DNA of 64,000 nucleotides from contig CAWCFT010000008.1 in NCBI GenBank assembly GCA_963794945.1, positions 1 through 64,000 of the forward strand, read 5' to 3'. This stretch comes from Endomicrobiales bacterium (GTDB taxonomy: Bacteria; Elusimicrobiota; Endomicrobiia; Endomicrobiales; CAWCFT01). Positions 1 through 14,100 of this stretch are shown piece by piece (the stretch's first letter is position 1; the number at the start of each line of letters is the position of its first letter). The notes under the pieces were generated by a model. That model did not search any database. It was not told the DNA's origin and saw only the letters and a list, made by a program, of their open reading frames with translations. The translations under genes and the position numbers were made by a program.

Positions 1-2133
1 GCTGAATGTTGGGATTTATCATTACATTCCCTTCAAATCCCATTAATTTAAGCTGAGCAATAGTCGCTGATTCTTCAGTATAATTATCAATGTAACTTAC
101 TTTGCCGTCTTTATAGCCGTTAGCTACAATGAAATGGCCTATGCCTACACCTTTATTCAGATGCAGGATTATTTTGTCGTTAATGCCAGTTATTATCGTA
201 GAGATATCCTCAGGATTATTAATTTTCCAGCCTTCAAGATTCAGGCCTTTACCAGTTGCCGGGTCAACAATCCCCTTTGCCGCTTCAATAATAGCTTTCA
301 TGCTCAGCTGGGGTGTTAGCCAGGATTTTAGCATCTCTGCCGTAAGCACGCCGGAAAGTATGTCAACAAGGTATGCCTGGCCCATGACTGATATGAGAAG
401 AGGGTTGGCGGCATCAAGCCCCGTTATGGCGCTTATGGCTTTTATGGCGCAGTTGACTATTTTGTCGCCTGCTTTTATAAACGCGTCCAATCCATTGCTC
501 TGGTTAAAGTTATCCAAATAGGCCTTTTCATCCGGCTCTAAAGTGCCGCTCTGAATTGAGGACAGATTTTCACCAAGAGCCTTCTGTGCGCCAAGCACAA
601 CCTTACTGCTTTCCGTTGCAGCCGCTTCTTCATTAGTATGCGCGGGAAGCTTTGCCAGCACTCTCTGTATGGCAGAATGTTCTTCATGTATCTGTCTTTG
701 CGCCTCGTTACGCTGGTGTCCATTATTATACCCCTTAAGCGGCTTGCCGTTCGCAATATCAAGGATCAGCCAGTAATCCACAAGGTTATCTCTCATGTTA
801 CTTGCCAGCTTACTATTGGAAGCCAGCACTTTATTAACTCTTGCCTGAAGCGCATTGCGCCCCAATTTAACAGGGTCAAGCTTGAAATTGTTGATGTTGT
901 TTCCTATTAATATAAGATTTTGTATCACCGCATCCCTGCTCATATGCCATCTCGCGGCAAGCGTGTTCAGAATAGTTTCTTTGCTGTTATTTATCTGCGC
1001 GTTCTGGCCGTTGAATTGTTTTTTTGAAGTGTCCGTTGTCAGTATATTAATGGCATCCGCCAATCCGTTGACCCAGTTATTTGTCCACGCGTAGTCGAAC
1101 CGGGCTGTTTCCTGTTGGTCCAAACCAAATTTATCAAACCCGAGCATGGCAATGGTCAGGTTGCTAAGGTCCATATTCTCAGTTTTGTCGCTGTTATAAT
1201 TAAGCAATATCTTTTGTATTTTAATATCGCTGAATGCAAGGTTAAACGCCTTAAGCGCAAGCTCTATTATGCTGTCATCTATTGCTTCGGGTTTCAGCCC
1301 GGTGGCATTGGTTATAGCTTTCAGCAAATCAGCTACAGATATATCTTTGGCCTGCTTAGCTTGCATCGTTTTTATTTCCTGCATCGCCATCTGTTTAGCC
1401 TGTTCATCTGATATTCCCTTATACTTTTCCTTGATCATTTTTTCAAACATAGGTAACAAAATAGGCGACATAGTATCTTCCTGGCCTGAGCCTTTTGTTT
1501 TCATAATAGCTTGTATCTCCACGGCAATTGCCTGCATCCGCGGATCCGCGGAATTCAACGCCTGCACCAGATCAGCCGTGTAGCCTAACCTCAGCGCCGC
1601 AACAACCTGCTGGAAAGTCACACCATCAAAATTACCATTAACATTGGCCGTAAGGGTATCTATGTTCTGCACTGTGATATTCTTGTCCACTTCAGGCGCC
1701 ACTTCAAGGGTCTTCCTCAGGGCATGGAGTTTACCCGCAACGTTCTCTGGCTCTACCTTTGTAGACCAGCGGCTTATTAAAGCTTTACCACCGATAAAAC
1801 CTGATATTGAACCAGTGACCAGCCCCCCGGCCAGTAAACCCCTCATTGCCATAGCTACTGAGTTTATTACCCACTGCGTTGTAGTAATGTGGGTTAACGC
1901 CACCACAGTTTGCGACACCATAGAAAGCCCGGGCACAAAGAAGCCGATCAGCAAAACCGCACCTGCGGTCGCAAGTTGAGGCAAAGCCTTTAGAAGCTTT
2001 GCTTTTATACCCACTTTCTCGTTTACTGCATTCGCTTTTTGGCCATTTTTGCTCATCATTGTAACTGCTATGTTTGCTGCAACCCCAATGATAAGCCCTA
2101 TCGGCCCGCCAAAGATCATTGCCAGGCCGCCCA
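1..2133 (-). CDS. Giant protein segment 4 (~710 aa, open at the window edge, absent from the ORF track): TM helices, helical region, third C39-like domain
   Basis: Manual translation is stop-free: GGLAMIFGGPIGLIIGVAANIAV...IVNCAIKAISAITG...KIILHLNKGVGIGHFIVANGYKDGKVSYIDN...GFEGNVMINPNIQ. Confidence 0.8.
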
Positions 2134-5100
2134 ACGCTCAAACCGAATTTTAACGCATTTATTCCCATGCCTTTGAGCTCCGGTCTTGTTGCAGCCTGAG
2201 AATTGAGCTCGTTATTCCCAATATTCAAAATAAGCGAATTTGCGTACTTGGCAAGAGTGATAGCATCTTTTAAAGCCTTATTTTTCTCAACAGCTTTTTC
2301 ATCCATAGCAATGTATTTTTTACCACTATTTTCACCTGTTATAACCGTCCCGTTAGCTATTGCACCAAGCGTTGTCATCAAACTATCAGTGCCTGCCTGG
2401 TCGCCACTTTTCTTACCTGCATTTTCTATGGCTTTTTCAGCAAGAACAGCAAGGGTATCAACAGCTGATTTTCTGACTTCCATGTTGTAAGCCTGAGTAT
2501 TGGCTATAGTCATTAATGCATCTTGTGATTCAGTACTTAATTGCCCATTGATACTTGCTATCGCATTCAATCCTTTCACACGTTGCTTTAAATCAGGGGA
2601 ATCAGTGTTTATAACATCAGGGATGATCTTTGTTGTTATCGCCGCTTCAACACTGTTTAACAATTCAGTTGCATTTGAAGCTTTAAATTCCGTTATTTCA
2701 TCATCACTGAATATCTTCAGCAGCACGGGATTAACAAGATTCAGAAGCCCTTTATTTGACACTCCTTTATTCTTCAAATCGCCAAGCCTCTGTTCTATCG
2801 AGCCCTGGGCTGCCGGCATCTTTAACAAGTTCCTTGCACCTGCCACAAACTTTTCGAAACCTGACATGTAGCCTTTTTGAAGTACATCGATCTGTGTCTT
2901 CTGGGCAAGGTTAAAGAAACTGAACAGGTTTGCAGCACCGGCTGTCTTTAAATTGAATTTGCCGCTTGAAAGGAAGCTGAATATCCCTTTGTCGTTGATT
3001 TGGCTCATGAACATAGAAGTGTTGAAAGCCGAACCGAACTTAAACCTGCCGCCGGCTGTTTCCTGCATGTTGAGAATCATGAGCACGATTTTTTTCATAT
3101 TTTCATCTTGTATTTTCAGTGCTTTTGCAAGAGCGTCCGCTCTCTCAGCTTCAAGGGACTTAAGCGCCCTGTTCTGCTCCCGTAGCGCCAGGTTATAAGT
3201 AATCTTCTGCAGCCAGAACTTCTCAAACCAGCTTGCGTTCTTGTTTGTTTGCGCTTTTGTGTAGATTTTCTTGACAGCCTTTCTTGCGTTTGTCAGAGTT
3301 TGCTGCGCTCTAAAATATTTATTCAGCACAGGAAGTTTCAACTGAATCGGCATGCCGTTTAGCCCGTTTGCCGAATAATTTTTCAATGTATTCTTGACAA
3401 GTTCAGAGGGGCTCAAGTTTTCCGGATTCGCTATTGACTCTGAAATATCAAGCATTCCCATCTGTATCAGGTCGCTTATACTAATGCCTTCGCCGCTTGT
3501 CAGGTTGATAACATTTTGTTGCATGAGATAGTTAACGATTGCAAAAGAGGCCCTTGCTTTGGCATTTGTAATCTTCGAATCTCCTTTTAACAAAATGTCA
3601 AAATCACTTTGAATACCATAGTTCATCAACCCTAAACCCTCAACAGCCGACTGGAGAGCTTCTATCTGCTTCTGCTGTTGAGAACCCGGCATAGGCTCAA
3701 GGCTTGGAGATGCGCTGTTTAAACCTAACAACGTAAGCATTGCCACAGCCGCAGCCATACCTCTGTTAGAAAGGTTTGTTGTTCCATCACTCTGGTTATA
3801 GCCGTAACCGTTATCAATAAAATCGGCAATTAACGCATTTGTCTGCTCTACAGTCAGGCCCATGCCTTCAAGCGCAGCGACTACCTGCGGCATTTCCGTC
3901 CTCTCCACTTCCCTTGACGCCACGGAATTCACACCTTTACCGACGCTCTGCGCGATTACATCTTCTTCAGCTTTGGCAAACATAGCCCTATCCCAAATTA
4001 GCGTTGTATACATTTTCTTTGTCCATTGCTCATTATTGGGATTTATAGTTTTTTCAATCTCGCCGGCATTAGCGTCAATGGTGTTTTTGCTTGTGATAAA
4101 TTTCGCGTCAATTTTCAGGAACCCGTTTCCGTAACGGTTCATTTTATCTGCCATCCTTGCGCCCAGAATACGCCCGACAAACTGCGCTATAGCCGACGCA
4201 TAGCTAAGTTGTATGTCAACGCCATAAAGGCTCACGCTTGAGACGTCGCTGGGAGGCTTCATGTCTATGCCTCTTCCTATCTGTTCATAAACGCCAAAAT
4301 ATGTATTATATGTTCCTGATTCATTTTTAGCCCATTTTGATGCGTCATCAGCATCTGTTGTAGAACCGAATTCTGCGATCCTGCCGTCTCTCAGGTCGAA
4401 CGTTTTAAAAATATCCTTAGCCATGTCCATGCTTGCCTGGCTCTTGAAACCAGCTATAAGCATTTTATCCGGCATCAACGCGTCAACAACCAAGTCAGAG
4501 TAAGCACTAAGAATACCATCCGAAACGTCACAATCTATTGGAATGTCTCCTACTCCTGGCTTGTTTGCCTTACATCCCGTCCCATCGGCGTTCAATGTTA
4601 CTTCCGTTTGCCCTCCGGTTTCAAGGGATTTGAATCCCATCTCATTTTTAATGGCCATGGAATATGTCCCGGAGAAACCAACGGCCCCGGCCGCATCACT
4701 TACCGCTTCCTTTATGGATACGCCTGTATACTCTTTTGGAGCGACCATTGAATAATCAACCTTGTTGCCATTGGCGCGTTCAAGCGCTTCAATGCCCTGT
4801 AAGAGGCCGGCTTCAGGCATAAGTGGCATAGCTTTCCCGTTCATTATCAATAAAACCTTACCGTCTTTTAGTTCGTAGTCAACCCCTCTTACCCAGGTCA
4901 TTTGTGAGATCAGCATGTTTTCCATTATTTTCGTAAGCTCATAACCCTCATGAACCTTATCGGGGTCTTTAATGTCCACGATGTTTTTGAATGTGTCAAG
5001 CTCTTCCGGAGTGTACTTCTTAGTCATTTCTTTTAACAAATCTTGCGCCTTTGTCCTGCCATCTCCATTTTCACCAAAATACGTTTTAAGCCGGTTTGTC

Positions 5101-8100
5101 TGGCCTATTTCAAACCCTTGTGTTATTATGCCGGTTAATCTAAGCAGTTGTTTAGCAGTGACATTTTGATCAGCGTTAAGTTTATCCAGGTTTTCAATAG
5201 TATTCTTAAACTGTTTATAATTTTCTTTAAACTTTTCAGTAGCCGCAATATAATCATCTATCGCCTTTTGTCCCTGAATTGTTTCAAGCGTTTTAGCGCG
5301 GTCATTTAAAGTTGTTTCATAGTCTTCAGTAATGCTGCTCTTGAATGACTCTAATTCTTTCGCGAGAGGGGTGTCCTTAAGAATTCTAAGCGCTTCTTCA
5401 ATATTGCCCGCTTTAAGAAGATCTTCAACATTCTTCAAACTTTCAAGCGCCGTGCGGCAGTTTTCAAGATATGAGTCTTTTCCTTCCTTCTCTATAAGGA
5501 AACTCATTAACTCTTCTTGAGCCTTATTAAACGCATCATAACGGGTGCCGCCTTCCTGTAAAGATTTTAAAAATTCTAACCTGGCCCCTTGTTCCACGCC
5601 GCTCCATTGGGAAATCATGGACATGGGCATGAACAGCGCCATATCCGCTTCATCCATTAAAAGCACTCCCATTTTTCCTTTAAGCAAACTATTTTCCGCT
5701 TCCTTGTCAGCGACATACCTGAAAGAAAGATCTCCGTAGCTGGTAAGTATTATCTTCCCGTCCTCTATCGCCTGCTCAAGCTCCTTCGAGGAATTTTCCT
5801 CATCGTTCCTGAATGTATAGGTTTCAAGCCCTTCAATGCCGTTGCCAAAAATTCTCTTCATTTCATTTGCAAGGTTATTTACATTGATGTTGTTGTCAGC
5901 AAGCATAATTGACACCTTGCCGTCCCCGATATTATCGTTTAAGAATTTAAATACCGGCGCAAGGCCGGCTATAAGCACGGTTTTGCCTTCGCCTGTCCCG
6001 AGAACCGCAAACTCTCTCATTATTTCCTGCAAATCAGCTATAGCCTTGTCACTAAATTTCCCATTATTTGTTTTAATGCTGTTTGCAAGTTTACTTATTC
6101 CCTCAGTATTAACCTTGTCATAAGCCTTAAGCTGAATGTTTGAAAGCACTTTTTCTGTTGAGGCATATTCGCTGATTGCAACGTTTCGCGAAGCTTCAAA
6201 AAGAGTTTGAATCGCGTTCATTTTATCTTTAATAGTTTTTGTGCTGTTTGCTTTTTCCCACGCATCTCCAAAAACCGCGTGAGCGCACATATACATTGAT
6301 ACATCTATATCCTGACCTTCAATCTTTACTATGCCTAAAGATTCTCCAAGCTTGAGACTATCGAAGAATTTTTTCTGATCTGCAGGTTGATCCCTGCCGG
6401 GTATTGCATTCACTATTGCGGCATCAGTAAGTGATTTTATTCTTTCTGTTAATATAGCATCACAGCCACCCTCCGCCTTTAACTGCTCAAGAAGCTTGGC
6501 CATTTCAACAGGGTCAAGTTTGCCTAGAAGATCTTTAATAATACCGTTCCTTAAATTAATGTAACTATCCTGATCTACCACCTTTTCTCCTGCGGCTTCA
6601 TATTGCTTATTCATGCCCTCAAGTGTTTTTTGTACTTGGGATTGCTCTTCTATTTCATTCTTATCAAGGGGCATTTGCGAAAGCGCTTTTGACAATTGCT
6701 TGGCGTTATTCAGTTCCCCGTATCGCGCTTTAAAATCCATGTATATTTTATTATTCCGCGCGTCAAGCTCAAGTTTAACAGCATCAGCAAAGAGGCGTGC
6801 ATCCACCCTGACCGTGCATTCGTTTACATCAATAACCGCGTAATCACCTGGATTTTCATTCATTTTGCTGAGTTTTTTGCCGTTAACTTCTGAGAGATCC
6901 GCCTCCTGCCTTATAAGTTCAGCCGCGGCATTCCTGTATTGAAGAAGAAATTCCTTTGAAACCGCTTTATCCGCAGTGTTAATATTATCACCTATAATCT
7001 TCTGTATCTGTTCTATCGCTTCATCTTGCGTAATATTGGGATCCTTCAGCAAATCTTTAATCTTATTAATATCTTCCGCGCTGAACTCTATGCCAAGCTT
7101 ATCCTGAATAATTTTAAGAGGGTCTCCATCTAGGCCTATCTGTGAGCGATTATAGAATATCCCACCCGCAAGAATATCCCCAAACGTAGTTTCCGGGTTT
7201 TCTATCAAATCCTTTATTCCGGCTATAATTTTTTCATTTGAACTGCCGGACTTCATTATATTTTCAACTTTATCCGCATTTATATCCGTTCCCAGCGCTT
7301 CGTTCACAAGTTCCACAAACGCTTTAACGTCTTCAGGCGAACCGCTTTCAACTATGCTTTTTGCTACTAAGCCGCTTATATCGCTAACATCCACCATGCC
7401 GCTGCCTCCTGCAGAAGCAAGCGCGTTTTTAATAGCGTCTATCTTTGCTTCATCTGTCATTCCGGCTGTATTATACGCGTTAAGTATCGGCTTCCAGTTA
7501 AAACCTTCTCCAAAAGCGTTTTCCAGAGCGTCGCTGCTTTGCCCATTATTTCTTGCCAATTCATCAAATATAGTGTTTGCAAAAAGGTCGCGGACCGCAA
7601 CAGCAGGGTTAACGGATTCAGGTGATGCTCCAGCATCTTCTGGGCTGACCGATTCAGTTTCAGGATTACCCAGTATTGCCTCATCCGTGTACCTGACAGT
7701 TTGATCTGGTTCTTCAAGGGTAATGAAAGCAGAAACTAGCGGCCCGATTGCAGGACTAGTGAGAAACATAATATTTAAACTACCGCTATCTATGAGTTTG
7801 TTTAGCGTTCCCGCATCTAAAAATATTTCTCTTTCATATTCGCTCCCGCCTGGTATATTCTCAGTTACGGACAACTTTAGCCCTGAACCGTTATCATTCG
7901 CGTCAAGAAAATCCTGCATGGTTACAACATCGCCATCCATAGTTGTTACAGCGTCTACCTTCATCCCTGTTGTCAGCGCATCAAGCGCATTAGTGGACCT
8001 TGAAGGCACTAAGAAGAATGATATGTCCGACAGATACGTGCCTAGAATGTTGGCCATTGTATTTGGAACTGTAATTGTATTTCCGTCAGCGTTCGTCGTT

Positions 8101-11100
8101 GTGTATGTCCCTAACCATGAGTCCATCCCTGTTTGGTCTAAACACCAGCCCGCTCCATAGCCTACAGCCTTACCAAGGTTGCTTACTATGCTGTATTGAC
8201 TGACAGTCGCGGCCATATGGACAAAATCTCCTAGCGCGCTGCCCGCGCCGCCAAATGCGTCTATTAAGGGGTTCATGTATGCGGCATCAGCTATATATCG
8301 TGAGGCATAACCCATAGTTTCGCTGGTTATGGCTTCAGCCGGCATTGAAGCGGAAAACCACGGCATCAGCACCATACCCATTGTGAACCCGCTTATGAAT
8401 GATTGCGTTCTTTCCTGCATTGTAAGGAAGTGTGGAGTCCAATTCAATGTCCCATCCTGAAATGAAGGTATAAGCGTCATCAGGTCGCCAAGCCCCATAA
8501 CGTTGGCGTAACCGAGATACGCGCCGCTCTGGATAGTTCCGAGTAAATTAAAACCTGCTGTAGACGCCTCCGTAAAAGCCTTCCCCATATTATTAAGCCA
8601 TGCCGCGGATACTTCGCTGCCTCCAATCAACCCAGCGCCCAGACCAAACACGAAACCCCCAACAAAATCCCATGCAAGCCCGCTGAAACTCAAGTCAATA
8701 GGCTGGCCGCTTACATACGCGTTAAGCGGAAAGAAAATTGTTCCAGTAATGCCGAAAGATAAACCGAGGTTGAGAGCGTTCGCGCAGCGCGCGCCAATCC
8801 CTGAGGAGACCCAATCATTGAAACTATTTATAACATTGCCAAACGATGTCGCGCCTGCAATAGTCCCAATAAAACTTAACAAAGTGTTGGAAACGACTAC
8901 GGCTACAAGCAGGTTCTTTACTGTGGTAAGCGCGCTCGCCACAAATTGATCTCCGTCACTTACATAACTTATTATCTGATCACCCCAGACAATCGCGGAA
9001 GCCGCGAGCAGCCTGACTGATGAAGTGGCCATTGTGGTGAAAGTGGACCCGCCAACAGCATAACCAGTTGACCAACTTCCCCCGCCAAACATGAATGCCG
9101 CGCCAAGTCCTACCTCTAATAATCCACCCCCTATTTGACCCCAGTCCCAATTGTTTTGGATGCCTTGCACAATCTGCACACCACCTGCGCCTGCCATTAT
9201 TGCAGCGCTGGCACCCCTCAAACCTATAGACACCCACTCTGCTGTCGCAGATAGCTCGAACGGAACGGTCGGAACGGCCGCGACTGCACCAATCTGGAGT
9301 GTTTTCAAAAGCCCGCCAGGCCCGGCTAACGCGCCTACAGCCGAAAACGCCGCGCTGATGGCAGCGCCCTGAAGGTCCCCTGTGCCAAGAGAATACATTG
9401 TCGATCCCAACGCGACACCGGTTAAAATCCCATTAACAATAAGGCCGGCAAGTGCGGCGGTTGCCCCACCGGTCAAAACAACGGAAACAGTGAAAGCGGC
9501 CACTGCCACGGCCGTTCCCACAGCGGTTACTCCGGCAAGGAAGTAGTCTTTTGCCGTAAGGTTATTTGTGTCAAACAGGTCTGAGTTAAGCGCGCCATTT
9601 TTAAATATGTCTCCAACCTGCACATTGCCTTTTAAAATGTTTGTCGCGGCTACGGCTAACTGCTGCGCGTAATCGAATGCGCCCACAGTTGATGCAATCG
9701 CGGACGCGACATATGCGGCAATACCGGCACTCAAACGCTCGGCGCCTGTCTCTAATGCTCCCCAAAAATATGTGCCATCACTGAAATTCAGCGAGCTTAC
9801 ATTTATGTATTTACTATTTCCAATATCTATGTTTGAAACATCTATCGGCTTGCCGGTGTCTACCATGTTGCCTTGTTTATCTGTATAAGCATTAGTGAAA
9901 GTTACAGTTGTTCCAGCAGATATTGGCTCGCCATCTGCATTCATAGAGCCTTCCCCAACATTGCTGTAATGTTCAACATAAGTGGAAATAACCCACCCAT
10001 CTTCGCTCTCTTGAACGCTGATGTCTATTTTAGTATTCTTCAACTGAGAAAGGTTATCGACAAGGCCGCCGTCCTGCTTAAAATCTATGGTGCCGCCCTG
10101 ATCAATGGTATATTGGCAGTCAAATGTGTATATGTTGCCATCATTATCCGTGCGGGTTATTAGCGCGCTGGTTTGCACTGGGCCGTTAGTTGTGTCAATC
10201 GTAAGTTGAGTGCCGGCCTTGAAGCAGTTTCCGGTAAGTGTTATTTCTGTTAGATCTCCTGAAACAAACTGGTTAAACTGTATGTTAGCTACTACAACAC
10301 AGCCTTTTGTATTATTAGTCTGCTGCAGGTTCCACGTGCCGTCATCGTTCCCTGAAAGAGTAACATCCCATATCATTTTGTTCGTCGATGTGCCTGCGCC
10401 TGCGCCACCGCCTATTTGCTGTTGCTCATGGCCAAGCCCGTAAATTTCCATGTCGTTCACATTTAAATCTATTGTGGCCTGACTGAAATTAGCGCTTAAG
10501 CTGTCTATTTTAAAACTTACAGTCTGCGGGGTTAAGATGGAATCCACGCTAGCATCAAAATTTTCTTGAAATACAGGGGAATTTATCGCCTTCCAGTCAT
10601 TGTTTTTCGAATCCCATAATAGCGGGGTTGGCTGGTTGCCAGTCGTGTTAAGGTAGACCTGTGTTAACATATTATTTATACTACCGTCGGAGTTAATGTC
10701 AATCGTGCCCGTTATGTCAGTGCCCGGCATCTCAACCATTGTTGCCTGAGCGCCGCTCAAAACTACGCCCTGCCCACCTATTGTAATTGAGCCATCGTCA
10801 GCTACCGAGACCACGTTTGTATTGAAAATGCTCAGGAATTTGGCTGGAGGAGGCGTTAGCAATGGGGCATTCGTATCATTATTCTTTTGAAAAACGACAA
10901 CATTATAGCCGACGATATCATTGCCGATTATATAAGCATGGTTCGTATCGCCTGAAATCGCTTGGCCGTTGAAAGACCAAACAATTTGACCGTTAATTTT
11001 TACACTTTCAAGCGTTCCTGATTCGCCGGTTACTGAGTCTTTCGCGGCATAAGAAGTATTGCTAGCATCCGCGTTGAAATCTTTGCTTTGAACCCCGCTG

Positions 11101-14100
11101 TCGGGTATCAGAGCGCCTGCTTTATTAACAATGCTGATAACGTCACCGTCATCATCCGTAACCTGAGAAAGCTGAAAATACCCTTCTATACAATAACCGC
11201 TCGTGACCAGGATATTTTGGTTACCATAAACATTGCCTTTGGTAACAATAATGTATGCGTCAGTAACTCCGTTGGCGTCATAATCTACATACTCGGTTCC
11301 TTTGTTGCCGGGAATTGTATAGCTCGTTTGAGCGTAATCGCCGTCGGAAACATATACAAAATCATTGCCATTAGCTTTCGCTATGACATTTCCCTGGTTA
11401 ACCACCTGCCCATTAGCCAATGTCGAACCTGTCTCAAACTCCGTGCCGTTGCCTAATACCACCATCTGGCCGTTAATAATTGATATCTGGGAGTTGCCGC
11501 TAACCTGCCATACAAGTTGTTTGTTTGAGTCCAACACCGCCTTAAACACACCCTTACTCTGAACATCCTGCGCCGTTCCGCCTGTACCCGCCTGTCCGGG
11601 TTGAACGCTAGTGTTAATGCCGTTTGTCTCTAAAAGCCCTGAGCTAACAACAAGATTGCCTTGATTATCGAAGACAACCGTGGCATTAACTAATGTAAAT
11701 CCACCCTTGCCGTTATAAGTTACGCTTAAACCATTCTCGTTCTCGTTCAAACAATCTTGAACAGCGAAAACAATCTGGTTATTGTCTCCAATTTCAAGTT
11801 CAAGCTGAGTGACACTTCCGGTAATAGTATTAGCATTCTGGCCAAATCCGACCTTAAGGGGGCTGCCATCGGGAGCATCAAGGAATATATCGCCGTTGCT
11901 TGTAATATTAGTGACTGTAAGGTTGTTTATCTTGTCACCTAATTGAATGTAGCCGGCTCCATCGAGCTGTTCAAATTTCATTAATTCTACAAGAGGGCTA
12001 CCATCAGTTTGGGTACCGTTCGTGACACCAAGCACAAAACCTGATTGGCCATCTATATTAGCGCTTGCCTGGCTGGCCACGGGCATCCAGGCGCCGTTTA
12101 CTAACACACTTGTAAATGACCAGCCCGGGGTATTGTCCGACATCTGGAAACTGTCGCTTATTGTATTGAATCCGGTAGTCTCGGTGATTGCATACTGGGT
12201 TGTAATAGTATCCGGGGTTGCAAGTGTAAAATCTCCGGTTTGCGCGTTGTACGTGCCGTCAACCTGCGTTGTCGTAAATGGATTGCTGATGTCAACTGCG
12301 TCGGAACCAGTATGGTTGAGCGATATTTTTAATACAGATTGCTGAGTAGTAAACAGGTTTCCTGAAAATCCAAGCGAAAGACTCAACTGGTTTAAGGCAT
12401 CTACGGCTGCGTTGTCATATTGCTGAACATTAACTCCGTAATACGTGCCGTCGGGGGCTTGTATTATTCTCTGGAAATAGCTGCCATTATTAAAGGCTTC
12501 ATACGAATAATAGTTACCGTTCTCATCGTTGCCGAAAACGTTCACTATAGCCTGGCCGTTTGAACTGTAAGTGTTTTGATAGAACTCACCCCCGGGAACT
12601 CTGCTGTCGGATTCAGTCCCAGGAACTGTGCTGGTAAAATCTGTCCTATTTCCTTTCGCATCTATTATGCACGTCATTTCGGCGCCATTAGTATCAGAAT
12701 AGTAACCAAGATACGAAGGCACATTAGCATCATAAAAAGTAACATTAACTTTGGTCGTATTGTCGCCGTTGTCGCTTAACGTGGTAACGTTGGCAAGAGT
12801 GCCGTTATCTTCAAGCGTCGAAAAGGTAGCAATGCCGTCTGAGTTATTGTAAATAGCCTGGATTGTCATTGCCCCGCCAATCAGGGGATTTCCCGTGTTG
12901 GAAAAATAAATAATCTGCTGGTTATCAATAGAGACGCTAATGTTACTGCAGCTCTCAGCCCAAACTTGGGGTACCAATATTTTGTCCACACCATCGGCAA
13001 GAGTTGTTACAAAATTACCATTATTGGTCGTCAATGTGACTGATGGCTGGTTCGTAACAGAATTTAATGTATCGTTATACTGGCTGCCTGTTGTCGTGTT
13101 CGCTGTACTTGTTACAGCTGCACTCGGCTGTATAGTGTTATCGTAATACTGCTGGCACAATTGAACGGTATTGCCTTCGGTAGTTGTAGTGTTAAATTTG
13201 TAATCCACCAAATTCTTTACATTTCCAAAGTTTTGATTCTGTGCACTAATGTAGTCAGCTATTGTCATAGTTGTGCCGGGTACTATTGTGCTTGAGTCCG
13301 ATGCATTGACGCCTAAAATCGTAGTCGTGCGGGCGCCACTATCGGCAACCGACAATTGCGTAAGTAGAGTGCTAAACGCTCCAAACGAATCCAGCCCGTA
13401 AGTTGAGGTTACTTGAGCGGAGTTCGTGCTATCATAAGATGAAATTTTCTCAACTATGCCGCAGGCATTGTTATTTGCGTCGTTCAAACAGATCGAAGTA
13501 ATAGAATTACCGGATGTTTTAGAAAATATTGCATTGCCGTCCGGGTCGGACATCTGCCATCCGGAAGAAGCCAGGCTGTCATTTACCGTGTCGGTGTCAT
13601 AATTGCTGTTTAGTGTGCCGTCACTGTTAATAGTCACCAGCGTTGCGCCGACGCCATTATTAGTGATAATACCCATGTTGTTTATACCGAAACTGCTCAG
13701 CGGGGTATAATTGTAATTCTGGCCGTTGTAATTGGCTGTGTAGTTTGTAGAATTGGTTGATATATTTTCAGTTATAGCGCCCGCGTCCGTTTGAATGACT
13801 ATAGTATTCGTATTGTTATTAAACTGCACATTACTGGTGGCAAAGCTGCCGAGATTATCAGCCGCGACATCCTTAACTGATCCATCAGCGCTTGTCTGGA
13901 CAACCACCGCGCAAGTTTGCCCGTTTGACAGTTTAAACTCAGCGGCCTGGGACGGCTGGTTGGCATCGGTAGAATTGGGCAGTGATGTATCTACCAATGT
14001 CGTCTTCAAACTTTTTGAACCGCTATCATACGTTGTTTGAGTGTTTATTGTGTATGTTATTCCTTTCGCCGCGCTGAAATTATACATTGTCGTTATTGGC

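Noticed and set aside
4160..6010. Housekeeping secA
   Set aside because: Highly diverged and embedded without its own start or stop inside a 5000-codon frame.
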